Assembly: GCF_009914755.1 (NCBI RefSeq)
Contig: NC_060927.1
Reading direction: 5' to 3' (one strand)
DNA length: 64,000 bases
Origin: the human T2T-CHM13v2.0 reference genome, Homo sapiens
In this document: piece after piece, positions 16,297 to 31,447 of the stretch
Numbering within the stretch: position 1 is the first letter of the stretch
How the letters are laid out: every line of letters begins with the position of its first letter
Position numbers and translations under genes: made by a program
The notes under the pieces: generated by a model
What the model saw: the letters and a program-made list of their open reading frames with translations, nothing else
Told to the model about the DNA's origin: nothing
Database searches by the model: none

Positions 16297-16881
16297 AGCT
16301 GATAAGATACTGGAAGTGCCCAAGAAGAGTGTAAATGACCATACATCTGAAATGTTGTTAAAAAATATCCTGGAAAATTGAAAACTTTGGGTCTGATGCC
16401 TCTTTCTACTCTTTCTTAGCTTTGTCAGTCCAGACAAAATTTTTAACCATCTTGAGCCCCACTATACTTATCTTTAAAAATGAGAATAGTAGTCTTGACT
16501 TGACAGTCTTATTGAGAGCATTAAATGAGACAGCCCATAATAGCCTGATACCTTCAATGCTGGCTCCTTTCCTTTCCATCTGGGCAAGGGTTTGGGCAAG
16601 ACAATCTCAAAGGTTCATTCCATCTGCACGATCCTAAGAATCTGGCATGTCATCAGATTGAAAGGAAGTTTCAGCCCTTTGACCAAATGAAGTTTCTGTT
16701 CATTTATTTTTATTATGCCTGCTCTCGTTAATATGAATAAATAAGAATAAAATAGTAGAATTTCCCTCCACCACCACCGTCAATAGCTATATGTAAACAA
16801 TAACTAAAGAGTTTTTTGCTGACAGTAGAATGAAGACTTTTCTTTTATAGAGATTACTGTTGTAATGACATTAGGTCTAGA

Positions 16882-17063
16882 TCAGTTATTTTTCACCTTG
16901 GCTGCACTTAGAATCAGCTGGGGAGCTTAATAAAAATGCCCTGGCTTAAGCTCCACTCTAGAAAAATTGAATTAGATTCTCAGGGGATGAGGCCCTGGAA
17001 TCAGTATTTCTTAACATCTTCCTTCATGTAGCTCTAACACGGAGTTGGGGTTGAGAACCAGTA
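16882..17063. mobile_element. MER5-like hAT-Charlie MITE
   Basis: ttggctgcacttagaatcagctggggagctt...gggttgagaaccagtag, about 180 bp. Confidence 0.7.
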
Positions 17064-17147
17064 GTGAAAATATATTTTAGGCTCATTTCACTTATTCAAT
17101 AATCTCCTCATGCAGCTTAATTCTCCAAGGACACACTTTCTGTATGA

Positions 17148-17875
<728 letters not shown>

Positions 17876-18238
17876 TAACAACTATACCCATTTGCCTGGA
17901 ATTCTGGAGATTTTTTTGGTCTGTTTCAGGTCAGGACTACGTCCTTGAATGCTGTCAAATTTGATTGAAAAATTGGTGTACTTTGAGTGAGCAGATTAGG
18001 CATTTCGTTATAGCTGCAGCTGACTTAGGTGCTGATGTAAATCATCTCAGCTACTTGAAATAACCATAAGTTAAGTGATAGTGGTGTCAGAACAGTTGAT
18101 TGGTTATTCCCCCTTGGAACATTACATTTATTCTGAATGCTCAACAGGGTTTTGTGGTAGACAGTTAGTGTGAAGGGGAGGGAAGCTGCAGCTCCATACT
18201 ATCTGAGACCATTGGCAGAGCCAATCAAGTGCATTTGT

Positions 18239-18240
<2 letters not shown>

Positions 18241-18274
<34 letters not shown>
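18241..18274. repeat. (AC)17 microsatellite
   Basis: Uninterrupted AC run. Confidence 0.95.
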
Positions 18275-18277
<3 letters not shown>

Positions 18278-18799
18278 CTTAGCGAAGCTTGGCATGTGCC
18301 AATAAACAGAGAAGAGCAATTGGTAAGGCCATTAATTGGAAGGCTACTTATGACTCCGTTGTTTAGGAAAATCACTTATTAACTTAAGTAAGACCTTAGG
18401 CTGACTGCCATATTTTTGTAAATATTAAATCAGCCTGGGTTTCTGGTAAGAGATGTGTGATTGCAAGTCACACATTGTACTGAGGAGTAATCATTTTATT
18501 ACCCACAGACAATTATTGATGGAATGAACTAAAGCTATCAGATTTAAACCAACAGGTATTGGTAGTTTATAGTTTGGTGAGGATATATAAATAATACCCC
18601 CAAATTAGCAAACGTGTTAATATTATGAAAGTTTTATTTTCTTTATGAAAACATTAGCTCTGTCTTTGTTGCATATCTACAGGCCCTACAATATATAACT
18701 TTATTGCTTAATTTGTAATTAATAAGTAACAAGAGTCTTAAAGTATCCTTGTCATAAGTCTGTATATATAATATATAGAATTATAAAAATAAGACTTTC

Positions 18800-19159
18800 T
18801 GTGTTAGTCCTTTCTCACACTGCTATGAAGAAATACCTGAGACTGGGCAATTTATAAAGAAAAGAGATTTAATTAACTCACATTTCCACATGGCTGGGGG
18901 CGCCTCAGGAAACTTGCAATCTCGGCAGAAGGCACCTCTTCACAGGGCAGCAGGAGAGAGAATGAGTGCCCAGCAATTGGGGGAAGCCCCTTATAAAACC
19001 ATCAGATCTTGTGAGAACTCACTATCATGAGAACAGTGTGGGGGAAACTGCCCCCATTATTCAATTATTAGATTATCTCCACCTGGTCTCGTCCTTGACA
19101 TGTGGGGATTATTACAATCCAAGGTGAGATTTGGGTGGGGAGAGAGCCAGATCATATCA
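18800..19159 (-). mobile_element. MaLR solo LTR (THE1/MST-type)
   Basis: tgtgttagtcc...gagatttgggtgggga...atatca with TG..CA ends and exact 5-bp TSD CTTTC. Confidence 0.92.
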
Positions 19160-19787
19160 CTTTCTATGCCCACCTACCCAGGATTAGGTTCCTCCGTGAT
19201 TCTCCTTTAATAATATCTGTCACACTTGCAAATACTTGTGTAATGTTCATGTTCTCCTAGATTGTGGGACCACAGGAACAGGGACCATGTCTAGTGTTTT
19301 CACCATTTTATCCTCCATGCTTTGCATCATTCCTGCCACACAAGAGACATTAAATATATGTGTAGAATGAGTGATTAACAATTAATTAGTAATGGACCCT
19401 GAATACCAATGGCACAGAGTAAACAAGAGTGCTTCCTTGCCCCTCAACAATCAGGCTGAGTAACCCCAAGCTATCTTGGGGTGCTGACACCACCTACTTG
19501 TCATGTAGGAATTTATGTGCTCTCCTATGTTTTCCCTACCGCCAGGACATTCCTTTCTAAAAAGAAAAAAATACATTTGTGATTCTAAGGGATCTCTCCA
19601 GCACAATTTTTTTCTTTTTTTCCCTTTTCTTTACTACCACCATATTCCTAGTCCTCATAACCTGGACTATTTGAATAGCTTTCTAACTAGTTTTATGTCA
19701 CTCTCCTTGCTCACTCCCACCACAAATCATCCTTAAACCCTCCATTTATCATATTTCCCTGCTCCAAATGCATGGAGCTCCCTGCTG

Positions 19788-19845
19788 CAATAGATTATGA
19801 TCTACAGTGTGAAAAGCTTTTCACACTGTAGATCATAATCTATTG
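19788..19845. repeat. Perfect 58-bp palindrome (29-bp arms, no spacer)
   Basis: caatagattatgatctacagtgtgaaaag|cttttcacactgtagatcataatctattg. The arms are exact reverse complements. Confidence 0.98.
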
Positions 19846-21056
19846 ATGGTTTGTTAAATAAATTTGGTGGGTCACCACTGACCTTTTAAAAAAAGTTTCA
19901 AATATAATTCAAAAATCAAAGTATATCACATGTAGTTGGGGGAGTAATGTTTCTTGAAATTTTTATTGCATACACACACACACACACCCCTACCTTACCA
20001 CATGCACAAGTACTGAATTGGGATGTTAAATATATTACCTATGAAAACTTCAGTCAGTGGGATTAAGTTTAATAATCCTGATATTAAAATACTCCAACCA
20101 GTGCCTTCTGGTGGAGAGAGCAGTGAGATGTGAGTTTTAATGGGGTTCCTCCTGTACAGTAAATTTAACATTATCTCTCCAAGCTTCAGATTTTTCAGCT
20201 GTACAGTGGGGAAAGTGACTTAGTTAATGGAAGTTACTGTGATAAATAAGATAATGCACATAAAATGCCTATGACAGTGTGTTATACACATTATGAGACC
20301 AGTAACTATTAGCTTTCTGCTTATCAAAGCCTATTTCCTTTTGTTCTCCTATTTTTTTCATCCACTTCGACCAAATTTCTCTTTATTTTCTAAAAATATC
20401 CTTTGAATGTTTTCACCTCTATTTGTTTTATTGTCTTCCTCATATGTTGCCCTTCACTCTCAACTTACCTACTTCCTATCCGTCCTTCAAAACTCATCCC
20501 AAGAGCTGCCTTCTCCATGAAGCCCTTCTTGATCGTTGTAGCACTAAGAGTGCTATAAGCTCACTGAAAGCAGTGATCATTTCTCTATAGCCCTCTGCCT
20601 TTCTACAGGTCAGAGATCCATGCTTTGTTCCCAGTGGAAGCCCTGAAACGGCTTACAAATGAAAGGAGGAAAGGTCCAGTGGCAGTGGTACTACTGGGGA
20701 TGAGTAAGGTCTTCTCTACAACTTACTAGTTGGCCAGTATCATGGAATCTATAACCATATCCTTGTGTTTTTCCTCCCCCTGAAATTGTCCAATATGCTC
20801 CTTTTCTTTTCTCTTAAAGGAAATGATTTTCATACCATAGCTATGAATGTTAGTTGAGAACAGCAAAAGGACAACAGAAATAAAAGTCAAAGCCACATTT
20901 TTTTTTTCATGATATGGTTACTCATCCATCATCCATCAACAGGAACTTTAATAAATTAAAATAAACAAAATTGAATCTACATCTTATTTTACACATAAGT
21001 ATAAATTAGCAGTATTATTGCTATAGATGTTAACCTTCTGGATTGGGAGATATTGA

Positions 21057-21158
<102 letters not shown>

Positions 21159-21322
21159 TAAGTTATTTCAAAGTATAAATTAAGCAATTAGTTCTAGTTT
21201 TATGAATTCCTGAATAAATCTGGAATTTTCGGGCACAACAGTTATGCATCTTTATTTTACATTCATGTGCTGCACATTATTTCCTCCCTCTTCTAAGCAG
21301 GAACACAGCTACTTTGGGTACA

Positions 21323-21338
21323 CAGCACCATCTACTGG
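21323..21338 (-). promoter_or_regulatory. Candidate CTCF site
   Basis: Reverse strand CCAGTAGATGGTGC matches CCASYAGRKGGCRS at 13/14. Motif only. Confidence 0.45.
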
Positions 21339-21959
21339 GTAGTACAGGGAATTATTTGCTTGCCATTATTTTCACCACTTTTTGGTTTTTCCATTTCTTG
21401 TCTAGTACAATCCTTTAACTTCCACTAGCATTTTCCTTTGCCTTTCGTCTTAGTAACTTGGTGGTTAATTCTATCTTTGAACAATTTGGTTATTTCCACC
21501 TCAAGCCATCTATGTATCACACACACACACACCCTTTTAAAAATCCTCTTCTTTCTATTTCAGCTTCTTTTCAATTATTTTGGGAAAATGTTTCTTCTCT
21601 TCTTCTTTTCTCACTTCTTATCCTTTTCTTCTTATTGTCTGTTAAGATACCCAAATGTAAGCCTCCTCCCCCATTATAAATGACTATTACCTTAAAATAG
21701 TGCTAACAACATCTCAATATTAACAAAATGAAACTAACAAGATCCAAATTGAGAAAGACTTTATTATAGAACAAAATATTAACCTTCTAAAACCATTTTA
21801 AGTAGAGAAGGGGCCTGTTATAATTACCTTGGAAGCAATTTCAAAAATATTTATGACCGTTTTCCGAGATCTTTTCCTGTTCTGATTTTCCTTCAGAAGC
21901 ATATATGAGAAATGCCAGTGAGTGTATATTTAATCTCTCTCCCCACCCTCTCCCTCACA

Positions 21960-21992
21960 AACACACACACACACACACACACACTCACACAC
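21960..21992. repeat. (AC)n microsatellite with degenerate end
   Basis: acacacacacacacacacacacactcacacac. Confidence 0.9.
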
Positions 21993-24849
21993 TCAGTATA
22001 ACACTCCGAGAAGCATGAGAATTTAAACGAGAATGTTAACATATCTGAGCTTGGCCAGAATCACTGATCTGTTTTTTAACGTGCAAGGAGGAATCTTTTA
22101 GAAAAGAAATCGCCCTAAAGAAGGGCACCTTGAGGTGTGTACAACGTTGAACAACACCAAGTTGTTGCTGGACTTAGGAACTAAAACAGAAATCACACAA
22201 ATACATAATATCCTGCTGGATAAGAGCAAATACCAATACATACCCCTGTAAATCTATGTTAACCTTGGTCACCAGTAAAAAGCTTGCCTCTGCATGAGCA
22301 TAGAAGGCTACCCCTCAAGATGAAGTCCAAACAAGACTTCTGAACCAGTGGGGTGCCCAGCTAGAAAGTTCTGTGTCACACTTACTAAATACATAATGAA
22401 TCAGGCTATCGAATCATTTTGTGTAAGCAGTGTGTCAGCCTCACTACACAGGACATTAGTTGGCAAACATAGGTTGCTTTATCATTAGGAATTTTCTCAT
22501 TAAGATAAGGTCCTGTTAAATGAAAATGTGCTGGTGAAAGAAAAGTTGGTGTATGACAAATTAGAGTGTTTAATGTGAATGCTGAAATTAAGTTAGAAAA
22601 ACTCCTGGGTCTTTTTCAGTTCCCATCACCTTCAATATGTAGGGGCTGTGGGGTAGGTACCAGGAGAAGGACTAGGCAGAGAAAAAAAATCTCTGTGCTT
22701 CAGATTCCAGCCAGCTCAGAGAGCCTGAGATTTTATATTTGTTGATTTGTTGGAGGAGTCTCAGCTCAATGAGGTGCAAACAGAATGGTTTTTATCTCTT
22801 CTAATAATTCTGAATCCCATTTCTGCTCACTGGAGAGAAAGGAAGGAGAGAAAACTTAATCTTGCCCAACAATAGAACTTGAGTCCCATTGGAGAGTTTA
22901 GTCTAGTTCAGTGACTTTTGTCTGATCTGGTTATTAAATTCTTAACTCTCATGGCAGGTTGAAAATCTCCTCTCTGCATACATGAGACCTTTTCTACAGC
23001 TGAGTATTCTGCTTCCTTCCTTTCCCTCTCCTCTTTCTATCTCCCCTTCTCTCCTCCTTCCTTCTCCCTTCCCTCCTTCTCCCTTCCTTTATCAGTGTTA
23101 CCTCTCCCACCCCCATGTACTAAATACCAAGACTGCCCCAGGTTTCCTATGAATAGATGGCGGACACTTTCACTCTCAGCAGTTGTTTCCTTTAACAACT
23201 GTCCTATGTTTTGGGACTCTGAGGGAAGGGGCCATTGGGTCTCCTGTAATCCCCCCAATAGTATAGGCTGCACATCCTCAATGGGTTTGTGCCCCTTGCT
23301 CTGCGGGGGCTTTGCCCCATGATGCACCAAGCAGTGCCTTCCTCCAGCTGACCGTGGCATCTTCAACAGGGACAATCTTGGGATATTCTCATTCCTGCTT
23401 TCCAAGATAAGTTTTTTTAGTCCTGAAGAGCATTGGGTATAAAAAATGTGCCCTTGTCCCAGGTACCACGGTCACCCTGTATTATCACAGGCTTTCTCTT
23501 AGGGTCTTTTGACTTCTTTTGGTGGGGACCAACTGAGAGTCTATCTTCTCCTGGGGGTGGAGGGAAGTGAGGGTCAGTCCACCATAAAATCCCCTCTCCT
23601 GAAGGCTCTCCTTTCCCCTCCATGATGAGAAAAGAGTAAACAGTTCCCATACAGGGTGTCTGGCTAGTCTAGTGTCTGCAAGCCCTGAGGGGGATGGAGG
23701 TGCTGTGGCAAGGCAATCTCTGAATGTAAAAGAGAGGAAAGATGAGACCTGTTCTCAGGTGTGGACTGCCTTCACTGTCTACCTGTGGGAATCCCAGGAT
23801 GGGGTCAGAATAGCAGGAAAGGGTCTCAGATGGTTCCTCGTACTCAGGACATCGTGAAAAGGAAAGAATTTATAAGAAAGTGTAAACCTGCGTGTGGCAA
23901 TGCGAAGTATCAGTGGCAGGAGGCAGAGGCCTGTCAGAAAGTGTGGCTCAGTGAAAAAATGTGTGAGTGTCGGGGAGGGTGCCTGTATCAAAGTTGAAGG
24001 GAGTGTCACAAAGGGTCCATTACCTGGTTCATGAATGCAACTGTTAAGAGGTAATTTTGAGTATTAGACCAGAGGATCAAAAGAGTGCATCAAAAGGGCA
24101 AAAGCAATCAAGATCGTATGGCTATTAATGAAAAGGCATTTGGGGGAGGTAAAAGGCAAGTTCTCTGAAGATTAAACAAAGGCAAGCCTCTCAAATCAGA
24201 AAATTTGTGAAAGTAAAAGTAATAGTGAAAGCACCAAAAGGAAGGCTCTCTGAGCAACTCTAAGGCTAAAGATGAATGTGTTCCTAAGAGCCTTAAGGCT
24301 GGAACAAGCTTTGGGGGATGAAGGTGCACAGCAAAGGAATGCAGGCTTAGTGAGAAGGCCTCGCAGCACAGGCAGAGGTGGGCTCCCCCAGCCCCAACAG
24401 GCTGCTGCCCTCCACCTTGTAATTCACTCTTTTCATGTTGTAGCAAGATCTAAAACAGATCTTCCTAATACAAACCCTCATGTAAAAGTTGTTCATTAGC
24501 TATGTGCGATCCCCCAATCCCCTTCCATACATTTTTAACAATGTATTTACTTTGTGATGGAACAACATAGAGATGTATTGAATACAAATTGCTTTTTTGA
24601 AAGTCAGCTCAATAAATATGCTCAATCCCTCTCCTGATTTTTATTATTATATTTGATTTTGTAATGAAACAACATTTAGGTTCTATAAAGGAGAGAGAGG
24701 GGCAGAGAGAGAGAGAGAAAGACAGAGAGACAGAGAGAGATAGCATTCCCAAAAGAACTTTAAAGATGTTTAGTAAACCCTTATTAAATTGCATTTGAGA
24801 GTAATACATTTCTACTTTAGTCAAAAATTTAATTAAAAGAAGATATGAG

Positions 24850-25030
24850 AGAAGAGTGGTTGAGAGCACAGACTTTGAGTAACTTAGGTTCAAATCCCAG
24901 CTCTGCTTTTTACCTGCTGTGTGACCTTGGGAACACCAGTGGCCTCTCTGGGCCTCAGTTGTACTCCTCTGTAAAACGAGAATGCTAACATGTCTTATTA
25001 AATTGTAGTCAGCTTTCAATGAGAAAATTC
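24850..25030 (+). mobile_element. MIR SINE
   Basis: gtggttgagagcacagactttgag..ggttcaaatcccagctctgc..tgtgtgaccttggg..gcctcagttgtactcctctgtaaaa. Confidence 0.8.
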
Positions 25031-26299
25031 AAGACTAGACATTTAGTCTACTGTATTTTTTCCATGCAAACATACCTTTTTCAAACATATTTTTATGTCC
25101 ACTTGGGCTAATAAAATATTGCCAGGAGGGATCCTTAGATGATTTGCACAGGTGACTTCAAAGTATTTGAAAATGTTTGATATGTCCTTTCCTTAAGTAA
25201 TTATAATAGTTTATCTAGGAGCTCTATTTGTCAAGTTTGGGCTAAGTAATTTACATACATTATCCTTGACTTCTTGCAGGGGTTACAAAGAAGTTATTCT
25301 TACTCCTATTTTATGGATAAGAAAGAGGGAGGCCAGTGTGTTTAGTATTTTGTCTAAAGCTACAGCTCATGAGAGGTAAACTAGGCAAGAACCTCTATGA
25401 CTCTAAGCACACTTTATCATGAGATAAAACTTTTTCTTCTTTGAGCTATTTCTGGGATGCAATGTTAGAAGAATTACATTTGTTAATCACCTACTTGTCA
25501 TATATCCCAGAACTGTGGAGTGGTCACTGCCCTCAAGGATTTTACATTCTAGTGGGGGAAGAGGACTTGTTTGAAAAGAAGCATTTGGATTAGCCTAATC
25601 TGATACTCTTCTTTTTGGATGTTTAATAGTATTGCAGGACCACTATTTTCTTTCTTAGACTCAGTAACCCTGGGTGCATTATTTCTGAAGCACCTTCTCA
25701 GTCCTCATAAAGAAAAGAGTGTTATAGATCCAGGACCCAAATTGCCCAAATTCTCATGTGTGAGAACATTGACATTCTTGACAGTCTGCAAAGTTATGGG
25801 TATTTGAGAAGAGACCTATGGAAAGAGCCAAGAGAGCATAGGCCCTGGTGCGTAGGAAGCATCATCCATCAGTGTGGCAGTGAAGTCGAGAGCTACAAAC
25901 CGGGCGGATACTGGAGTGGAGGGGAAGCAGGCTGGAAAGAGAGGGCAGTTTCTGTGGGAAACCTGCCTGTTGCATGCAGTGGCCCCGTATTGACATTTGA
26001 ACAAGTTTGTATCAGGATACAGGGTTGGGATAGATAACAAATGATGCAAATATGATATATCTGTTAGGATAGCTTTTAGCTAGCTGCATATAGAAAAATC
26101 AACTAACAGACTGAAATAAGTAGGGGTTCTACTTCTCCACTCACAGTCAGTATATGACAAGCCAAACCCACTGTCTCCATCCTGCTTCTCTATTTCTGCC
26201 TTTTGCTGAACCGTAAGGAGGGAACAAACGTAATGGGGAGGCAGGGATCTGCTCTGAGTTTTGGGAATGATGATCAGTTCCCATCTTGTTTCCTGAGAC

Positions 26300-26830
26300 C
26301 GGCCAGGACTGTTTGGTTGTAAGTATCAGAAACTCAGCTCAAACTAATTTATAGATGTAAAAAAGATCATATTGAATCACATAACAGAAATACCCATGGT
26401 CTAACGTGCTTTAAGCACACTGAAACCCGGGCGATTGGGCAAGGTTATCAGGCATCTGTCTTTCTTCTTCTATAAACTCTGCTCTTTCCATGATTCATTC
26501 TCATGTGGGTTCTCACAACATTGCAACAAAGTGGCCACTGCCAGCTCTAGGCTTGCAGGTAGTTTCAGCTCTACTTGCTGAAACTTTAGATGAAAAAGAG
26601 GGCCTTTTTCTCATAGTCTCAGTACAATCCCCAGAGCAGCCTTTAATAGACCTGGCTTGAACCATGTGTGCATCTCCAAACTGAACCAACCACGGCCCTC
26701 TGGCTAGTCAGCCCGGGGGAATGGGCCACCCTCTACAGTGATAGGGTAGGATCTGTTTCATCCAAAGCTCGTGGGTAAAGAGTTGGTGGATCCGCAAAAC
26801 CAATGAAAAGGAGAAATTAATATTGGGCAC
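26300..26830. mobile_element. Old MLT1-like MaLR LTR
   Basis: caggactgtttggttgtaagtatcagaaactcagctcaaacta start and ctggcttgaaccatgtgtgcatctcc are typical of old MLT1 elements. Very diverged. Confidence 0.5.
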
Positions 26831-28597
26831 GCAAAATCTACCCATGTGATAATCATGGTGCCTCCCTCACAGTTCACTTGTGGTAAGGATTGAATGAGAG
26901 AATCAACACAAAAAAGAGCTCTATGTATGTCAGCTATTGTTTCCAAGATACTCAGATTCAATGTATCCTCTCTGATGGTGTCCTCTTTTGTCCATCCCTA
27001 AATTCAGCCTACTTGAGTTATAATGTATTTTGAATTTTTTATAATTGTTTGGTAACATATAAAAAATAGTACTTTCTCATAAAAAATCAAGATTTCTGGC
27101 TGTTCTTGAAAAGTTGAAACCAATTATCAACTGCACCAAAGCAGGGTTGCCCACACTGCCCAGTCTGTGCCCCACTGCACAGTCTGCCCCCAGCCTGACC
27201 CCAGGTGGCTTCTGAGAGCCTCTTGCCATCTTTGTAGCCTCAGACTTACTGCTCTTCTCTGGGATCCTCCTGCTTCCTGCCTGGTGTCTTCACTTCTGTG
27301 CCTTTGCCCAAAGATCTTCTTCCTCTCCATCAATCTCAATCCCATCCATGCTTCAGGACTAATTAAAATACTAGGACTCCCTCAAGCCTTCTCTAAGCAC
27401 CCTAGCTCTCTGGGAACCCTCTCCTCTCCTCTTCTAGATAAACATATGCATTGGCAACCCGGACTGCACTGGCTGTGAGTCCCCCAAGTGGCTGTGAGTG
27501 CATGACAGAGCCAACCGCACTGCAAAACACACAGGGATATACAGAAAAAGGGCAGAGGCAGGCAGATTGTGCCACCCCTGCTATAAGAGAAGATACACAG
27601 GAACTGACCTAGCAAAAAAAAAAATTGTTGAAAATGTATTTGTCATCTGTTTAGAAGTAAACCCTTACACTTTATTTATAATTCAAAATATAGGAGCACA
27701 CAACATGTGCTTTCTTACTTCAACAAGCCTTTAAATAATTATAATGAATAGCATTGTCTAGTTTCAAAAAAAAAATGTCAAGGTAGTGGGTAATTTACTC
27801 TGTAGCCACAAAGGAGACTTGTGAACAAGAATTATGGTAAATCTAGGAGAAGAAGGCTGAAAGTGATTCCTTATGATTGAGAGATGAGGTGCTTCTAAAT
27901 TTTACTTTAGTTCCCTCTTACAGTAAAATAACATCTGGAGATGGTATTAAGACAGCTTAATACTGGAACAATTTAATCTTTGAAGGTCATGTGGTAGGAA
28001 TCGCCAAGGGGAGTAAATAACATGTAAACACTTTTCTATGATACAGAGAATAACATAGCATAGTTCCATCATTAAAAAACAATGTAGCAATTTTGGGTAA
28101 TAGCCTGGTGTGACATGATGGCCCTGTCATTTTTTGACCCCAAATGCTAATTTAAAGACTTGTCCAGCTTATCATCTAGTCCTCAAAACTGTAATTATGA
28201 AGGACAAGTAGTAATGAGAAATATATATATCATAGTATGTTTTAAAAATAATAAGATCATGTAATAAATTGTTTTCACATATGTGGATGACTATAAAATA
28301 AATATTACAAAAAAACAGCTCCTGTATTAAGAAAGTCAGTGGGTGCACAGATGTTTTAAATACATATTTTAAAAGTACTTAATATTGTCACCTTATAAAT
28401 TAGAAAAGAAAAGGATATCCATTAACTAGGAAGAAAATAATATTGTCTTCTTAATATCTGACTTAAGGAGAACTGGTATGCCAATTTCCAAATTCCATAA
28501 AACCAGGAGGGAGAAGAGGATGTTTAAGTGCAAATTCCTTTGCAAACCTCTCATCTCAGTTTTGCCCAATGTTATTTGGTTCTTTAGAGGTGTCACA

Positions 28598-28611
28598 CCG
28601 CCCTCTGGTGT
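28598..28611 (-). promoter_or_regulatory. Candidate CTCF site
   Basis: Reverse strand ACACCAGAGGGCGG matches CCASYAGRKGGCRS at 13/14. Motif only. Confidence 0.45.
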
Positions 28612-29736
28612 TCAACAAGCTAAAATGTAGTATCTCAAATGGCCACTATATTTTGTTTTTGTATGTTCTGAATAATGAAGACGATTTAAAGGGAAAAAAG
28701 GACAGTGTAGAATACCTCAAAGTCCTATAAAGTTGTGGGTGTTCTATTGGTTGTCAACATTTTCTAATTTTTAGACAGCCTTTAAAATGTTACACATTCT
28801 GAGCTCTTGACGGGCAGGTTTAGAGACTTTAGGAACCTTCAAGCAGCAGAACTTCTTAGCTGGGCTCTGGGATACCCCAAGCAACTCAGAGGATGTGAAC
28901 ATCACCGACAGCTTCCTTAAGTTCACTCCTCTCTGATATAACGGGTCTTGAAGAAGCAAGAAGACCACCAAACTCAGGCAGGCAATCTTATGGGACTCCC
29001 TTTCCCATTCTGCTTAAAATCTTTAAGCCAAAGAAAAACAGAAATAAAAATGCACTTTGAGCAAGATTTCGTAATAAAACAGTGACCAAATATAATTCAA
29101 ATTTGGGCCAGATTCTGCTTTAGTGAGGCTTGAAGTATGTATAATCTGAAGAGTCCTTTAAAAAAAAAACTCTAAAAGTATCTTATTTTTACAATTCTAT
29201 ACAAATCATGAAGAGCCCCTCATCAGGATCTTGGAAGAGGCTCCTGGCCTTTAAGTAAGAACCCCTAAAGCTTAAGTTTCCTAGCTTCAGGGAATTGGCT
29301 ACTGACCCAAAAGTATTGTTTTCACTACAGTTGATGGACTTTTCCTTGAGCATTGTAATTCCCAGACCTTTAATAAATTAGGGAAAACATACAGATTCAA
29401 TAATGTGGTCACATTTTTTTTGTTATTTATATGCTGTGACCATTGAGAATTGATGATCTTTGAACTATTCCAGCCAAATGAGAATAAATAAGTTTGTTGA
29501 TTCAGAAACAACTTTAATGACATAGGTTGTGTGTGAAAGAATTACAGAGATCAGATGCTTCCAGGAGTTTAGAAGAGATAGTGATAGAATTAATACAGCT
29601 ATCTTAAACTATTTTAAAAGGCTGAATCCTAACAACTAGTCCGCATGAACTGTTAACTCCCAGAAGAGGTTAGACTGTGTTCAGTGACCCCCCCTATGAA
29701 AATCGAGATGTTAATCTCAAAGATCACAAGCCAGTC

Positions 29737-30060
29737 TGATATGATTTGGCTCTGTGTCCCTACCCAAATCTCACCTTGAATTGTAATGATCCCCACATGT
29801 CAAGGGTGTGACCAGATGTAGACAATTGAATCATGGGGCAATTTCCCCCATGCCGTTCTGTTGATAGTGAGTTCTCAGGAGGTCTGGTGCTTTTACATGG
29901 GGCTTCCCCCTTTACTCAGAAGAGGTGCCTTCTGCCATGATTGTAAGTTTCCTGAGACCTCCCCAGCCATGCAGAACTGTGAGTCAATTAAACCTCTTTT
30001 CTTAATAAATTACCCAGTCTCGGGTATTTCTTCATAGCAGCATGAAAACGGACTAATACA
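29737..30060 (+). mobile_element. THE1/MST-type MaLR solo LTR
   Basis: tgatatgatttggctctgtgtccctacccaaatctc...gactaataca with exact TSD CAGTC. Confidence 0.93.
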
Positions 30061-30821
30061 CAGTCCATGGGGGAATCACTTAGCTTATATTAAGAAGAGG
30101 TTTCCGTTATCCTGAGCAGAAGATAATTTATTTTTTCTGATACTAATCACAGAAAATAACTTCCTTAGGCGAAACCTGAAATAGCTGCCTAATGACATTA
30201 CATTAATTCTCTGAGTAGTACGTAACACTTGAATAATCTTTGTCCATTTCTTTATTTATAATCTTTGTCCATTTCCTATTCCCTTCCACAGTATATAAAA
30301 CCCATGATGTGGTGCTCTCGCCTGCCTTGTGCCCCACAGCAGGGCCACTGCATTTGGCCATGCAGACTGTGCTGCACATCACTGACACCTTCACCTTGCA
30401 GTCATGCAAAGGACTGCTCTGGAGCTGTGCACGGCAGAGTCCCTGTTCAGAGTCTACAGCTGACCCTGGCACAGAATGGCCCCTCAAAAATCACACATTG
30501 AGTGCATGCAGTAGTAGTCAGCCTATTTATTATTCTCATCTAAAATATAAGATGAAAAATTGAAAGAATTTGGTGTCTCATAAATCAAAGTACATTTACC
30601 TGTGCAAACTAGTTTGTTTTGACTGATGAATTTTATTATTAAGTTGACTCTTTTAGGCCGGTTGAGTGCAGTCAAGTCTGTGAAAGTCAAACCAGTAAGG
30701 TAGGGAGACAGTCTCCATGGCTGGATTGAAGTTAAAGTTCAGGTCTCCTGAATCACTACATCACATTCTGTATGTTCTACTTCCCTTGGCACCAAAGCCA
30801 ATTCCTTCAGACTCCTTGTGA

Positions 30822-31079
<258 letters not shown>

Positions 31080-31200
31080 AAGCCTAGACTTTGGTTCTAA
31101 GAGAGAAATCTTGGGATGTGAGCAGGTGGTTTGTGACAGTGAAGATCTATGTAGCTTATTTGCTACCCAGGAACCCATGGTGAGAGTTTTGTCACCTCAA

Positions 31201-31206
31201 AATAAA
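31201..31206 (+). terminator. Candidate intronic polyadenylation signal for the short isoform
   Basis: AATAAA about 120 nt after the stop, with U/GU-rich sequence further downstream. Alternatives at 32090 and 32154. Confidence 0.4.
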
Positions 31207-31447
31207 GACACAATTCATAAGCACAAAGTGAACTTTATCAAGTCTGGAGAAAATAGATTGCATTTATGTGTTCTCATTTCTCTATTATGGAGGTATCTTT
31301 TTTCCTTTTCTTTATAATAGCATATTTCTTTTAGTATGTGCTGTGTGTTTCTTTTATTGTGTGGTGCTAATATGATAGAAGATAAGATTGGTTATAAGGA
31401 GTAGAAAGAGAACTTTTACCAGAAGAATTGAAAGTGGTCACACACTC

